Source: an uncultured Gammaproteobacteria bacterium (GTDB taxonomy: Bacteria; Patescibacteriota; Patescibacteriia; S139-126). Taken from it: DNA of 53,433 nucleotides. Shown in pieces: positions 36,903 to 45,225 of this stretch. The notes under the pieces were generated by a model, which made no database searches, was not told where the DNA came from, and saw only the letters and a list, made by a program, of their open reading frames with translations. Numbering within the stretch: position 1 is the stretch's first letter; the number at the start of each line of letters is the position of its first letter. The stretch covers positions 21,244 through 74,676 of the forward strand of contig CAZBLW010000002.1 of the NCBI GenBank assembly GCA_964493305.1, written 5' to 3'. A program made the translations under genes and the position numbers.

Positions 36903-37643
36903 ATAGGTAAAGCAGAAAAAATAATTCAACAAATGTCAGGTAATTATAATTTAATTGCTGATGATTTTTCTGATTCTAGATATAAAGTTTGGTCAGAAAT
37001 GAAATTTTGGGAAAACTACTTTCATGATGGACAAAAAGTTTTGGACGTTGGTTGTGGTAATGGTCGTCTAGTTCAACTTTTAAGCAATAAACAAGTTGAT
37101 TATTTTGGTTGTGATATCTCAGATAAATTGATCACTTTAGCTAAAGGCAAGTGTCAGCAGTATAACTTTAAAACGTTTGATTTTCAAGTCGCTGATATAA
37201 GACAACTACCCTATCAAGATCATATTTTTGATATTGTGCTAGCGGTGGCAGTTTTGCATCATTTACCACATCCGGACAATCGCTGGCAGGCACTACAGGA
37301 AATTTACCGGGTATTGAAACCAGGTGGTTTATTGTTGATGAATAATTGGTATTTTTGGAATGCAACCGCCAACAAAAAATATCAAATCAAAAAACAGATG
37401 TTGATTAATTGGTTAAGAGGTTTAGAAAAACAGGCATTACTTATTCCTTGGAAAAATAGCCAAGGCAGAGTAGTAATTAACAGGTATTATTATGCTTTTC
37501 ATAAAAGGGAATTGGCAGAATTGGTCAAACAAAGCGGTTTTGTTTTGGAACACAATGAGATAGTTAGTCGTCAGTCCAATCAATCATCTAAAATATTGTT
37601 TGAAAGTTTACTAACTACAGCCAGAAAACCTCGGGTTGATTGA
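36897..37643 (+). CDS. Class I SAM methyltransferase resembling the Trm9/ALKBH8 tRNA-cm5U methyltransferase domain
   Basis: YNLIADDFSDSR--W, LDVGCGNGR, AVAVLHHL---NRWQALQEIYRVLKPGG---W, LIPW, RYYYAF. Confidence 0.75.
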   Translation: MHIGKAEKIIQQMSGNYNLIADDFSDSRYKVWSEMKFWENYFHDGQKVLDVGCGNGRLVQLLSNKQVDYFGCDISDKLITLAKGKCQQYNFKTFDFQVADIRQLPYQDHIFDIVLAVAVLHHLPHPDNRWQALQEIYRVLKPGGLLLMNNWYFWNATANKKYQIKKQMLINWLRGLEKQALLIPWKNSQGRVVINRYYYAFHKRELAELVKQSGFVLEHNEIVSRQSNQSSKILFESLLTTARKPRVD

Positions 37644-37691
37644 TTTTTAATTTTTGACTGGCAATGTTACAATAATAATACATATAAATAT

Positions 37692-38840
37692 ATGAAAAAA
37701 ATATTTTTTTTAATACTTTTTAGTTGTTTGTTAGCCGTTCCGGCTAGCGCTCAAACAATCACGGACAATCATTTTGTCAGTGGTGAGGTTTTGAATATTG
37801 AAGGCAAATATGAAAAAGATTTATTTTTAGCGGGTACGCAAATAAATTTTTCTGGTCAGGTATTGGGTGATCTGTTCGTTTTTGGTCAGAATGTAAATAT
37901 CAAAGGTGAAGTGGGTGGGAGTATTTTTTTTCTTGCTAGTCAGATCAATCTTGATGCCAAAACCGGTGGTTCTGTTCGAGGTTTAGCACAAACAGTAAAT
38001 CTAAAAAATAGTATCGCTCACAATGCAACTATTTTTGGCAGTGTTATTAACTCTCAGGCGGAAGTCGGTTGGCATGGTTATTTTGTAGCTAGAGAAATGG
38101 AAATCGGCGGTGCATTTCAAAGATTGGATCTTAAGACAATGCAAGCTAAAATTAACGCGCAGATAGAAAATGATTTAGTTATTGTTAGTACAGATGCAAA
38201 CAATCAAATAGAAGTAATTGCTCCTGCAGAAATAGGCGGGAATGTTGATTTTACTGGAAGTAATAAGTTATCAATAGCCGATGATGTGAAAATATACGGC
38301 CAAGTCAATAAACATGATTTGATCCGACCGACAACAGAAAATTTTATTGATTATGGTCAGATATTTTGGTGGTTAGTTTGGTCATTTGCTATGATTTTAG
38401 TTGGTTTGGTGATGATTACTTGGTTTGGTAACAATTTATTGACCCTACCAAAAATAATTGTCCAAGAGAATTATAAATTACTGTTACCAGGATTAATTAT
38501 TTTTATATTATTACCTATTGTTGCCGTATTGTTATTTGTTAGTTTAATCGGTATTCCACTCGCTGTTATATTGTTTTTGTTTTACGCTTTGTCTTTTTAT
38601 TTGGGGCAAATTGTTTGGGCTATTTGGTTAGGTGATTTTATTCAACAAAAAATAAGGACTAAACCAAAGTTAACCAATGATTCCAAAAATTATTTATTTT
38701 GGTGTTTAGTTTTAGGAGTTTTAGTCTGGCGAGTAATTTTATCAATTCCATTATTGGGAGGTTTGCTAGCTTGGTTGTTTTATTTGATAATTTTAGGTAG
38801 CATTTGGCGGATACTTAAAGTGAATATTAAAGAAAATTAA
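37692..38840 (+). CDS. Secreted beta-helix (bactofilin-like) repeat protein with C-terminal multi-TM domain
   Basis: Signal peptide, repeated F--G--I---G-V-G units, then four hydrophobic helices. Confidence 0.7.
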   Translation: MKKIFFLILFSCLLAVPASAQTITDNHFVSGEVLNIEGKYEKDLFLAGTQINFSGQVLGDLFVFGQNVNIKGEVGGSIFFLASQINLDAKTGGSVRGLAQTVNLKNSIAHNATIFGSVINSQAEVGWHGYFVAREMEIGGAFQRLDLKTMQAKINAQIENDLVIVSTDANNQIEVIAPAEIGGNVDFTGSNKLSIADDVKIYGQVNKHDLIRPTTENFIDYGQIFWWLVWSFAMILVGLVMITWFGNNLLTLPKIIVQENYKLLLPGLIIFILLPIVAVLLFVSLIGIPLAVILFLFYALSFYLGQIVWAIWLGDFIQQKIRTKPKLTNDSKNYLFWCLVLGVLVWRVILSIPLLGGLLAWLFYLIILGSIWRILKVNIKEN

Positions 38841-38841
38841 T

Positions 38842-39717
38842 ATGAGTTTGGATATTAAAGTTAAAAAAAAGCCACCCAGTCAAAGTAATATTTCTCCTCG
38901 GCCAGTCAATCAGCCGGTAAAAGATGCAGCGCGGATCAATCTACCTCCCAGCAATCAAGGGTCGTCAACTTCTAGTCAGCCACCAAAAGCCAAAGCAAAA
39001 AAAACCAAGAGTAACATGTGGTGGTGGTTATTGTTTGTTTTATTGTTTGTACTGTTTGTAGGAGTTATTTATTATATTTGGCGTGACAATAATACAGATG
39101 ATGGTGTCAAGACAGCTAAACCAGTCTCAACTCCAGCTGGTATCGTATCTAATTTTGTGACGGAAACGACCCCTCCTCCCAATGCAGAAGTAGATTCTCC
39201 CCAGAACTTTGATATTAGTTTAGTGAATGAACGAGTAGCCGAATTTGAACAGATGACCAACAACTTTATTGATAGTGTGATTATAAATAGTAGCAGTAGC
39301 ACTACCACAGTAAAAAGCATTGAAGATTTTGATCAACAAGCTAGGTCACTAAATGATTTGGCTCAAACTTTAGCAGACTTTTTGCCCAATCAATATGAGC
39401 AACTACAAGTGTTAGCTAGAACTAGTAGTAACTATGATCAAACTAAAGATTATTTAGTATCAATTGATGACTATTTGGGTAGAGTGAGAGGAGAAATACA
39501 AGTGCTAGATGCTTTATTGGCTTTGGGAGAAAATCAAAATTTTAGTAATGAAATTACAGTCTCAGTGAAAAATTTAAATGAATATTTTAAGCAGATAAAG
39601 AATTTGACAAAATTAGTTGATCAATTGTTAACAAACACAGCCGGCAAAGAGACAGAAAATATTTTATCTACTAGCACTACTAGTACAGTATCCTCAACTG
39701 TTGATATAGAAAATTGA
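38842..39717 (+). CDS. Single-pass membrane protein: Pro/Ser-rich N-terminus, helical external domain
   Basis: WWWLLFVLLFVLFVGVIYYIW TM segment. Confidence 0.75.
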   Translation: MSLDIKVKKKPPSQSNISPRPVNQPVKDAARINLPPSNQGSSTSSQPPKAKAKKTKSNMWWWLLFVLLFVLFVGVIYYIWRDNNTDDGVKTAKPVSTPAGIVSNFVTETTPPPNAEVDSPQNFDISLVNERVAEFEQMTNNFIDSVIINSSSSTTTVKSIEDFDQQARSLNDLAQTLADFLPNQYEQLQVLARTSSNYDQTKDYLVSIDDYLGRVRGEIQVLDALLALGENQNFSNEITVSVKNLNEYFKQIKNLTKLVDQLLTNTAGKETENILSTSTTSTVSSTVDIEN

Positions 39718-39772
39718 TTTTTTATCCCCCAGATATTTGTTATAATTAAATAAGATAATTAAATATTTTATT

Positions 39773-40000
39773 ATGGCCGAAAAAGTAAAAAAAATCGAAG
39801 TTGATCGCGAATTATGTATTGGCGCAGCTTCTTGTATTGGTGTAGCCCCCGAGGCTTATGAGTTAGATGAGGAAAATATTGCGATTGTTAAAAAAGGTTG
39901 GGAAACTTTGTCAGACGAAACCCTTATTGCTTCTGCCGAAAGTTGTCCTACTAAAGCCATATTTGTTTACGGTGAAAACGGCGAGCAAATTTTCCCCTAA
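39773..40000 (+). CDS. Single-cluster ferredoxin, probably 3Fe-4S type
   Basis: VDRELCIGAASC...AESCPTKAI (CxxAxxC plus CP). Confidence 0.9.
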   Translation: MAEKVKKIEVDRELCIGAASCIGVAPEAYELDEENIAIVKKGWETLSDETLIASAESCPTKAIFVYGENGEQIFP

Positions 40001-40042
40001 TTGGAACTTTAAATTGCAATAATATTTTGTTATAATGAATTT

Positions 40043-40384
40043 ATGAAATTCATTATTAGATGGTTAATTAACGCTTTACTACTTCTATTGATAGCATATT
40101 TTTTACCTGGGATCGAAGTAGCAAGTTTATTTAGTGCCTTGATAGCTGCCGCAGTTCTTGGTTTAGTCAATGCCTTAATTCGACCAATAATAATTTTGAT
40201 TACTTTGCCAATTAATTTACTGACCTTGGGTTTGTTTACTTTGGTTATCAATGCTTTATTGTTTTGGCTGGTAGCAACTTTTTTGGATGGTTTTTATATT
40301 ACTGGTTTTTGGGCAGCTTTTTGGGGGTCATTATGTTTGAGTTTTGGTTCTTGGTTAACTAATAAATTTATTTTTAATAAATAA
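40043..40384 (+). CDS. YvlD / phage holin 4-like 4-TM membrane protein
   Basis: A--LGLVNA-IRP, LP-NLLTLGLF--VINA, F--A--G. Confidence 0.85.
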   Translation: MKFIIRWLINALLLLLIAYFLPGIEVASLFSALIAAAVLGLVNALIRPIIILITLPINLLTLGLFTLVINALLFWLVATFLDGFYITGFWAAFWGSLCLSFGSWLTNKFIFNK

Positions 40385-40390
40385 AAAGTT

Positions 40391-41005
40391 ATGTTGGGAA
40401 AATTTTTTGAAAGATTAATTCCCAAATTAAGACAGGAATTTCTTTTGGTAATTTTTTTATTGCTAGGTTATGCAGTAGCTCAAGCTGATTTATCAACTAT
40501 GCAGATTGCAATAGTTTTTAATTTTTTGTTGTTGTTATTGATAGTTTGGTTAATCAAAGTTTTTATTAAAGAAGATTTTTCTCGAGCTTACAAAGGTTTT
40601 ATTGTTTTGGTTTCAGGCATAACTATGCTCACAGCTGGTTTGTATTCATTTATTATTTATTATATTGACATTGCTGCTGATCCTTGGGCATCTTTATGGC
40701 AGTATGCTTATCTGTTTTTTCCATTGTGGGTAATCATAGAAGGAGCATTGATGTTATTTATTTTAAATTTTGACAATCACATCAAAAGTTTCAATTTAGA
40801 AGCTAAGGTTGAAACTACAGAACCACTCTTGGGTGATTTTGTTGTTGTAGCTCTGGCCACAGTAGTTTTGATTATTTTGGGAGATTTTATTTTAAATCTT
40901 TCTTGGCATTTGAATATTTGTTTAGTTTTGACAATAAATTTAATTGTTATCAATCAATTTGGTGGTCAGATTGAAGAATCTAAAATTGTTAAAATTAAAA
41001 AATAA
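40391..41005 (+). CDS. Multi-pass membrane hypothetical protein
   Basis: About six hydrophobic segments. Confidence 0.75.
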   Translation: MLGKFFERLIPKLRQEFLLVIFLLLGYAVAQADLSTMQIAIVFNFLLLLLIVWLIKVFIKEDFSRAYKGFIVLVSGITMLTAGLYSFIIYYIDIAADPWASLWQYAYLFFPLWVIIEGALMLFILNFDNHIKSFNLEAKVETTEPLLGDFVVVALATVVLIILGDFILNLSWHLNICLVLTINLIVINQFGGQIEESKIVKIKK

Positions 41006-41068
41006 TGTGGCAAAGCATTTTAAATTTTATTTTGTTGATATTTGAACAGATTTTAGATATTAGAAAGT

Positions 41069-41098
41069 AAAAACCTCTCTTGTAAAAGAGAGGTTTTT
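41069..41098 (+). terminator. Intrinsic terminator
   Basis: AAAAACCTCTCTT / AAGAGAGGTTTTT stem. Confidence 0.85.
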
Positions 41099-41111
41099 AA
41101 ATTCTCATGGC

Positions 41112-41140
41112 TTGACAAAAAAAATTTTTTAAACTAATCT
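41112..41140 (+). promoter_or_regulatory. Sigma70 promoter for the Cys-rich ORF
   Basis: TTGACA - N17 - TAATCT. Confidence 0.65.
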
Positions 41141-41203
41141 ATAGTATCTTTTGTACCAAATCAATTAAACAACTTATTAAAAATATTACCAAGGAGGAGT
41201 GAG

Positions 41204-41431
41204 ATGTTTTTGAAGATTGTAACCGGAGTTAGCTGCTCCATTTGTGGGGCAAAGCATGAAGATTTTACAGAAGAATTCTGTATATTTGAGTGCCCTGAGT
41301 GTTCTATACATTTTTGCCAGTTGTGTTTTGAAATGGATAAGAACAGCAATGGCCACACAGTTCTTTGTCCTAATTGTGGGACAATAGTAGAATTACCTAA
41401 ACCTTCTTCCCCAAAAATAAAAAGCCCATAA
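41204..41431 (+). CDS. Cys-rich two-zinc finger protein (RING/PHD/C1-like spacing)
   Basis: CxxC-x15-CxxC-x4-CxxC-x13-CxxC; AAGGAGG SD, own promoter and terminator. Confidence 0.85.
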   Translation: MFLKIVTGVSCSICGAKHEDFTEEFCIFECPECSIHFCQLCFEMDKNSNGHTVLCPNCGTIVELPKPSSPKIKSP

Positions 41432-41447
41432 CTTATGGGCTTTTTTT
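41419..41447. terminator. Bidirectional terminator overlapping both stop codons
   Basis: AAAAAGCCCATA-act-TATGGGCTTTTT. Confidence 0.85.
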
Positions 41448-42101
41448 ATTTATTTTTTTCCATAACCACCAAGAGTAGCCAAAACTAGAAAAAAGCATCA
41501 AACAAATAATTAGACCAAATAGCCAGGCATAAATTTTTGGGTCTAGTAGAGCACCCAAAATCATTAGCAATCCACTCACTACAAAAATCTTACCACCCAA
41601 ACGATGAGTTTTATTCCAAATTTCTTCATTGGATAATGTCCAAGGTGTACGAATACCCACAAACCAATTTTTTTTCACTTTGGGTAAAAAATTTCCTAAA
41701 ATTATAAAAAGTAAACCAATACCCAAGGGCACTACTTTAGCAATTGGTATGTTATAACCCAGAGCATTTAATGAAGTAAAAAAATAAATTGCACACAGAA
41801 AAAATACTAACGCCAATCGGATAACTTGATAAGTTTTGGCAAATTCTTGATATCTTTTTTTCATCGGATCAAATATTGGTAAGGTCACCATCATCAAATA
41901 AACCACAGCAATCATAACTGGAAAAAAGAAAGCGGCAAAATTTTTATTCGACCAATTATCTGGTTGACCACTGATATTCCAGTGGATAGGAACCAGTGGA
42001 GGAAAGTTTTGATAGAAATAAATACTGGCCAGAAAAGTTATGGTTAGCAAAATAATCGCTAAAGACTCTTTGTTCCAGTTAATTTGGTAGGGAAGTTTCA
42101 T
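41433..42101 (-). CDS. DUF1648 + SdpI-family immunity membrane protein
   Basis: P---P-HWN--G-PD, GN-LPKVKKNWFVGIRTPWTLSNEEIWNKTHRLGG. Confidence 0.92.
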   Translation of the reverse strand: MKLPYQINWNKESLAIILLTITFLASIYFYQNFPPLVPIHWNISGQPDNWSNKNFAAFFFPVMIAVVYLMMVTLPIFDPMKKRYQEFAKTYQVIRLALVFFLCAIYFFTSLNALGYNIPIAKVVPLGIGLLFIILGNFLPKVKKNWFVGIRTPWTLSNEEIWNKTHRLGGKIFVVSGLLMILGALLDPKIYAWLFGLIICLMLFSSFGYSWWLWKKINKKSP

Positions 42102-42109
42102 ATATTTAT

Positions 42110-42373
42110 TTAATTTTTATATAATTTTGCTAATTTACTCAGCAACTCTTCAAGAACCGATAAATTTAGTGAGTAAATTAAGTATTTACCTTGACGTCGG
42201 CTAGAAATCAAATCAGCACTTTTTAGTATATTTAGATGATGTGATAACGAAGCCCCAGTGATATCAAAGTGCGCCAAAATTTGTTGTACAGTTAAATCAT
42301 TTTTCTTTAATAATTCAATAATTTTTTGTCTATTTTTGTCCGCTAGAGCATTTAATACCAGGTTGATAGTCAT
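42110..42373 (-). CDS. ArsR-family repressor, SdpR-like
   Basis: ALAD-NR--I--LL, ASLSHHL-ILK-ADL----RQG----YSLN. Confidence 0.92.
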   Translation of the reverse strand: MTINLVLNALADKNRQKIIELLKKNDLTVQQILAHFDITGASLSHHLNILKSADLISSRRQGKYLIYSLNLSVLEELLSKLAKLYKN

Positions 42374-42374
42374 A

Positions 42375-42402
42375 TAACATTTAGATATTTATCTAAATGT
42401 TA
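42375..42402. promoter_or_regulatory. ArsR/SdpR operator, perfect 13-2-13 inverted repeat overlapping the -10 box
   Basis: TAACATTTAGATA-tt-TATCTAAATGTTA. Minus-strand TTGACA (42425-42420) - N17 - TAACAT (42402-42397). Confidence 0.85.
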
Positions 42403-42503
42403 ATATAAGTAAAATAATTTGTCAAATTTAAAGCCCAGTTTAGTTTTTTGTCGTTTAGTTTTTTGTTTGATTTTATGGTATAATTAACAATATTTAGTCA
42501 ATT

Positions 42504-45224
42504 ATGAAGAGAGTTAATGTAAAAAAAATTTATCAATTTATCTACACACTCTCTTTGTTGTTTTTATTTTTAGCGCCAGCTGGATTTTTGAATTTTGGCA
42601 ATTATTTAAAAGCACAAAATGCCACTAGTTTGGTGGGGATTTTAAATCTAGCCGAAGGCCAAGTTTTATCACAAAATTATACTTTTAAATTTGAAACCAC
42701 CACTTTGGTGGATTTTGTTGAAATACATTTTATTCGTTTGGACGTTACTAACCAAAACAATAGTAGGGCGATTGCTCGGCGTGAAACTACCACCTCAAAT
42801 TATTGGTATTATGATTTAGATATTAGTCAATTAGAGAATGGTATTTATCAATTACAAACTATGGCTATTTTAGCTGATGGTACTGCTTTAGCTGGGCAAA
42901 ATAGAAGATTTACTGTCAATAAAGTTATATCGCTGCCAGTTAATTTACAAATTATCGAACCTACCCCAGAACAAATTTTGAAAGGCAAGGCATTTTTTGT
43001 TGCCCAAACTGGAACGCCTGTTTCTGAACTAACTTTTTCTGTTTATAATAATTTTAATATTTTGGTTAAGCAGTATATTAGTCAGGTAGCTACTTCGACT
43101 GATAGGCATCAGGTCGAAGTAAATACCACCGATCTTGGTAGTGATGGTAAATATAAGCTGGTGGTTAATTTAATTGATGCCAACGGCTCAATCTCGGAAC
43201 AAAGTGCAATATTTTATACTGCCAATGCAGTTGATCAGTCCGAAATTAGTTCCACTACCACGGCTATTAGAGTTAGTATTATCAGTCCTACCAACAATCA
43301 AAAGCTATCCGGTAAAGTTTTATTGCAAGCTAAAGTAACGGCCAAAGTCGATAGTTTATATTTTGTTTTACAGGGTAAATATATTCCTACTGATTTGTTT
43401 GATAATAATATTTGGCAAGCCTATATATTATCCAACAATTTTCCCAACGGCGGATACGATTTATTGGCCAAAGCCCAAGTCAATAACCAAGAGTATTTCA
43501 GTAGTATAATAAAAATATTTTTTAACTCTCCTACTAGTACGACGGAATATATAACTGATAGCAATAAACAAACTTCTACTTCTACATTGATTCAACCACT
43601 TACCCCAACCACCACCAGTCAAGTTGTCCCGATATTTGCACCGACTAATACTCAGGCTACAGCATCTAAGATCAACTTGATCAACGACAATAATGACTCG
43701 TCCATAATTTCGGAAATACAAGAGTTATCGACTTCAACCAATAAAGTATTATTAAATTTACCCCCCGAATGTTTAAATGAAGATATTCAAGAAAATGTCA
43801 CTTGTCAAACTTATTTTAAAAATCAAAATCAAATAGCCACTAGTTGTTTAGAGAAAATTTTGAATATTCCTGAATGCCAACAACAAAACGAACAATGTCA
43901 ACGTGATGGAGTGAATGATTATCAATTGTGCGAACGTTATTTAACCGAACCCAGATCTTCAAGGTGGTGTGACTTAGTTGAATTTAAGAGCCAACCTTTA
44001 TGTGCAAATTATATTAGTCAGCCAAAACCAACATTTAATATCAGTTCGGATCTTAATCCTTTTTGTGTTCAGCAATCAATTTTCAACAATGAACAATGTC
44101 AAAAATTTCTGTCTTTTGTGAAATTGCCCAGCGAATGTAAACAAGCCGGGATAGTTAGTAAAGAAGACTGTCAAAATTTTTTAAATAATCAAAATTTTAC
44201 TACCGCCTGTCAATTGCTTGGGACTACTGATTCTGACAATTGTCGTCAGGTGTTGGTGGCTAAATATCAGACAGAAACCCATTGTTTAAATGAAACTAAT
44301 TGTCAACAAAAATTAGATAATTTTGTAAATGAATTAGCCGCTAGAGAAATATCAAATCGTGTTTTAGAACAGGCTAAAATTATTTTACCGAATAATTTTG
44401 TTTCTTCTGAAAACATTCAAACACCAGATTTAAAAAATTTAGCCTCTCGTTTGCCCGTGCAAGTAAAAGATAAATCTAGTTATCAATTAAAATCAGCCCA
44501 GTCAGCTGTAGTAATTACTGACGATCGTTTAGTTAAACCACTGCCGGCTTTATTGGTAAAAGATACTGACCAAGATGGTTTACCTGATGATATTGAAAAA
44601 AGGTTGGGTACCAACCCAGATCTGACTGATACTGACGGTGATGGTTATTCGGATTTAGTTGAAGTAAAAAATGGCTACAATCCTTTATTGGCCAATGAAA
44701 AGTGGCAGAAAAATTTGGCCGGTGTAGAAAAAGCGTTACTCCAAGAAATTGTTTTTGAACAGCCAGTAATTACTGGTCAAGAAAGCAATGATTTACAAAT
44801 AGAGTCTATAACCAATACTTCATTGAGTCAGGCCGAATCTACCAATTTATTATTACGCGGAACTGGGCCGGCTTATACCGTCTTAAGTTTATATTTTTAT
44901 TCTGATATACCTTTGCTAGCGACCGTCCAAGTAGATGAATTTGGTCGGTGGCAATACACTTTGTCTGATACTTTGACCGATGGGGAGCATCAGGTATATT
45001 TGGCTATCAATGATGACACGGGGAAAATTCAAAAAAAATCTTCTGCACAAATATTTTTTGTAAACGAAGCCAAAGCTGTTTCTGCAGGCGAGTATATTGA
45101 TTTGACAGAAATACAAGACATGACTTTGTTAGAGAAATATTATTTAGAAGCAGCCGCTGGTTTGATATTTTTTGCCGTGCTAATTTTTTTCTTAGTCAGA
45201 AAAACTCAAAAAAATATTAAATAA
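42504..45224 (+). CDS. Large surface protein: Ig-like domains, Cys-pair repeats, DxDxDG Ca-binding motifs, C-terminal TM anchor
   Basis: Signal/TM start, Thr-rich linker, C-x10-C repeats, DTDQDGLPD...DTDGDGYSD, C-terminal AAAGLIFFAVLIFFLV-RK. Confidence 0.85.
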   Translation: MKRVNVKKIYQFIYTLSLLFLFLAPAGFLNFGNYLKAQNATSLVGILNLAEGQVLSQNYTFKFETTTLVDFVEIHFIRLDVTNQNNSRAIARRETTTSNYWYYDLDISQLENGIYQLQTMAILADGTALAGQNRRFTVNKVISLPVNLQIIEPTPEQILKGKAFFVAQTGTPVSELTFSVYNNFNILVKQYISQVATSTDRHQVEVNTTDLGSDGKYKLVVNLIDANGSISEQSAIFYTANAVDQSEISSTTTAIRVSIISPTNNQKLSGKVLLQAKVTAKVDSLYFVLQGKYIPTDLFDNNIWQAYILSNNFPNGGYDLLAKAQVNNQEYFSSIIKIFFNSPTSTTEYITDSNKQTSTSTLIQPLTPTTTSQVVPIFAPTNTQATASKINLINDNNDSSIISEIQELSTSTNKVLLNLPPECLNEDIQENVTCQTYFKNQNQIATSCLEKILNIPECQQQNEQCQRDGVNDYQLCERYLTEPRSSRWCDLVEFKSQPLCANYISQPKPTFNISSDLNPFCVQQSIFNNEQCQKFLSFVKLPSECKQAGIVSKEDCQNFLNNQNFTTACQLLGTTDSDNCRQVLVAKYQTETHCLNETNCQQKLDNFVNELAAREISNRVLEQAKIILPNNFVSSENIQTPDLKNLASRLPVQVKDKSSYQLKSAQSAVVITDDRLVKPLPALLVKDTDQDGLPDDIEKRLGTNPDLTDTDGDGYSDLVEVKNGYNPLLANEKWQKNLAGVEKALLQEIVFEQPVITGQESNDLQIESITNTSLSQAESTNLLLRGTGPAYTVLSLYFYSDIPLLATVQVDEFGRWQYTLSDTLTDGEHQVYLAINDDTGKIQKKSSAQIFFVNEAKAVSAGEYIDLTEIQDMTLLEKYYLEAAAGLIFFAVLIFFLVRKTQKNIK

Positions 45225-45225
45225 A

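Noticed and set aside
40043-40384. Prophage, suggested by the holin-like gene
   Set aside because: YvlD-type proteins are common chromosomal membrane proteins; no endolysin, structural or integrase genes nearby.
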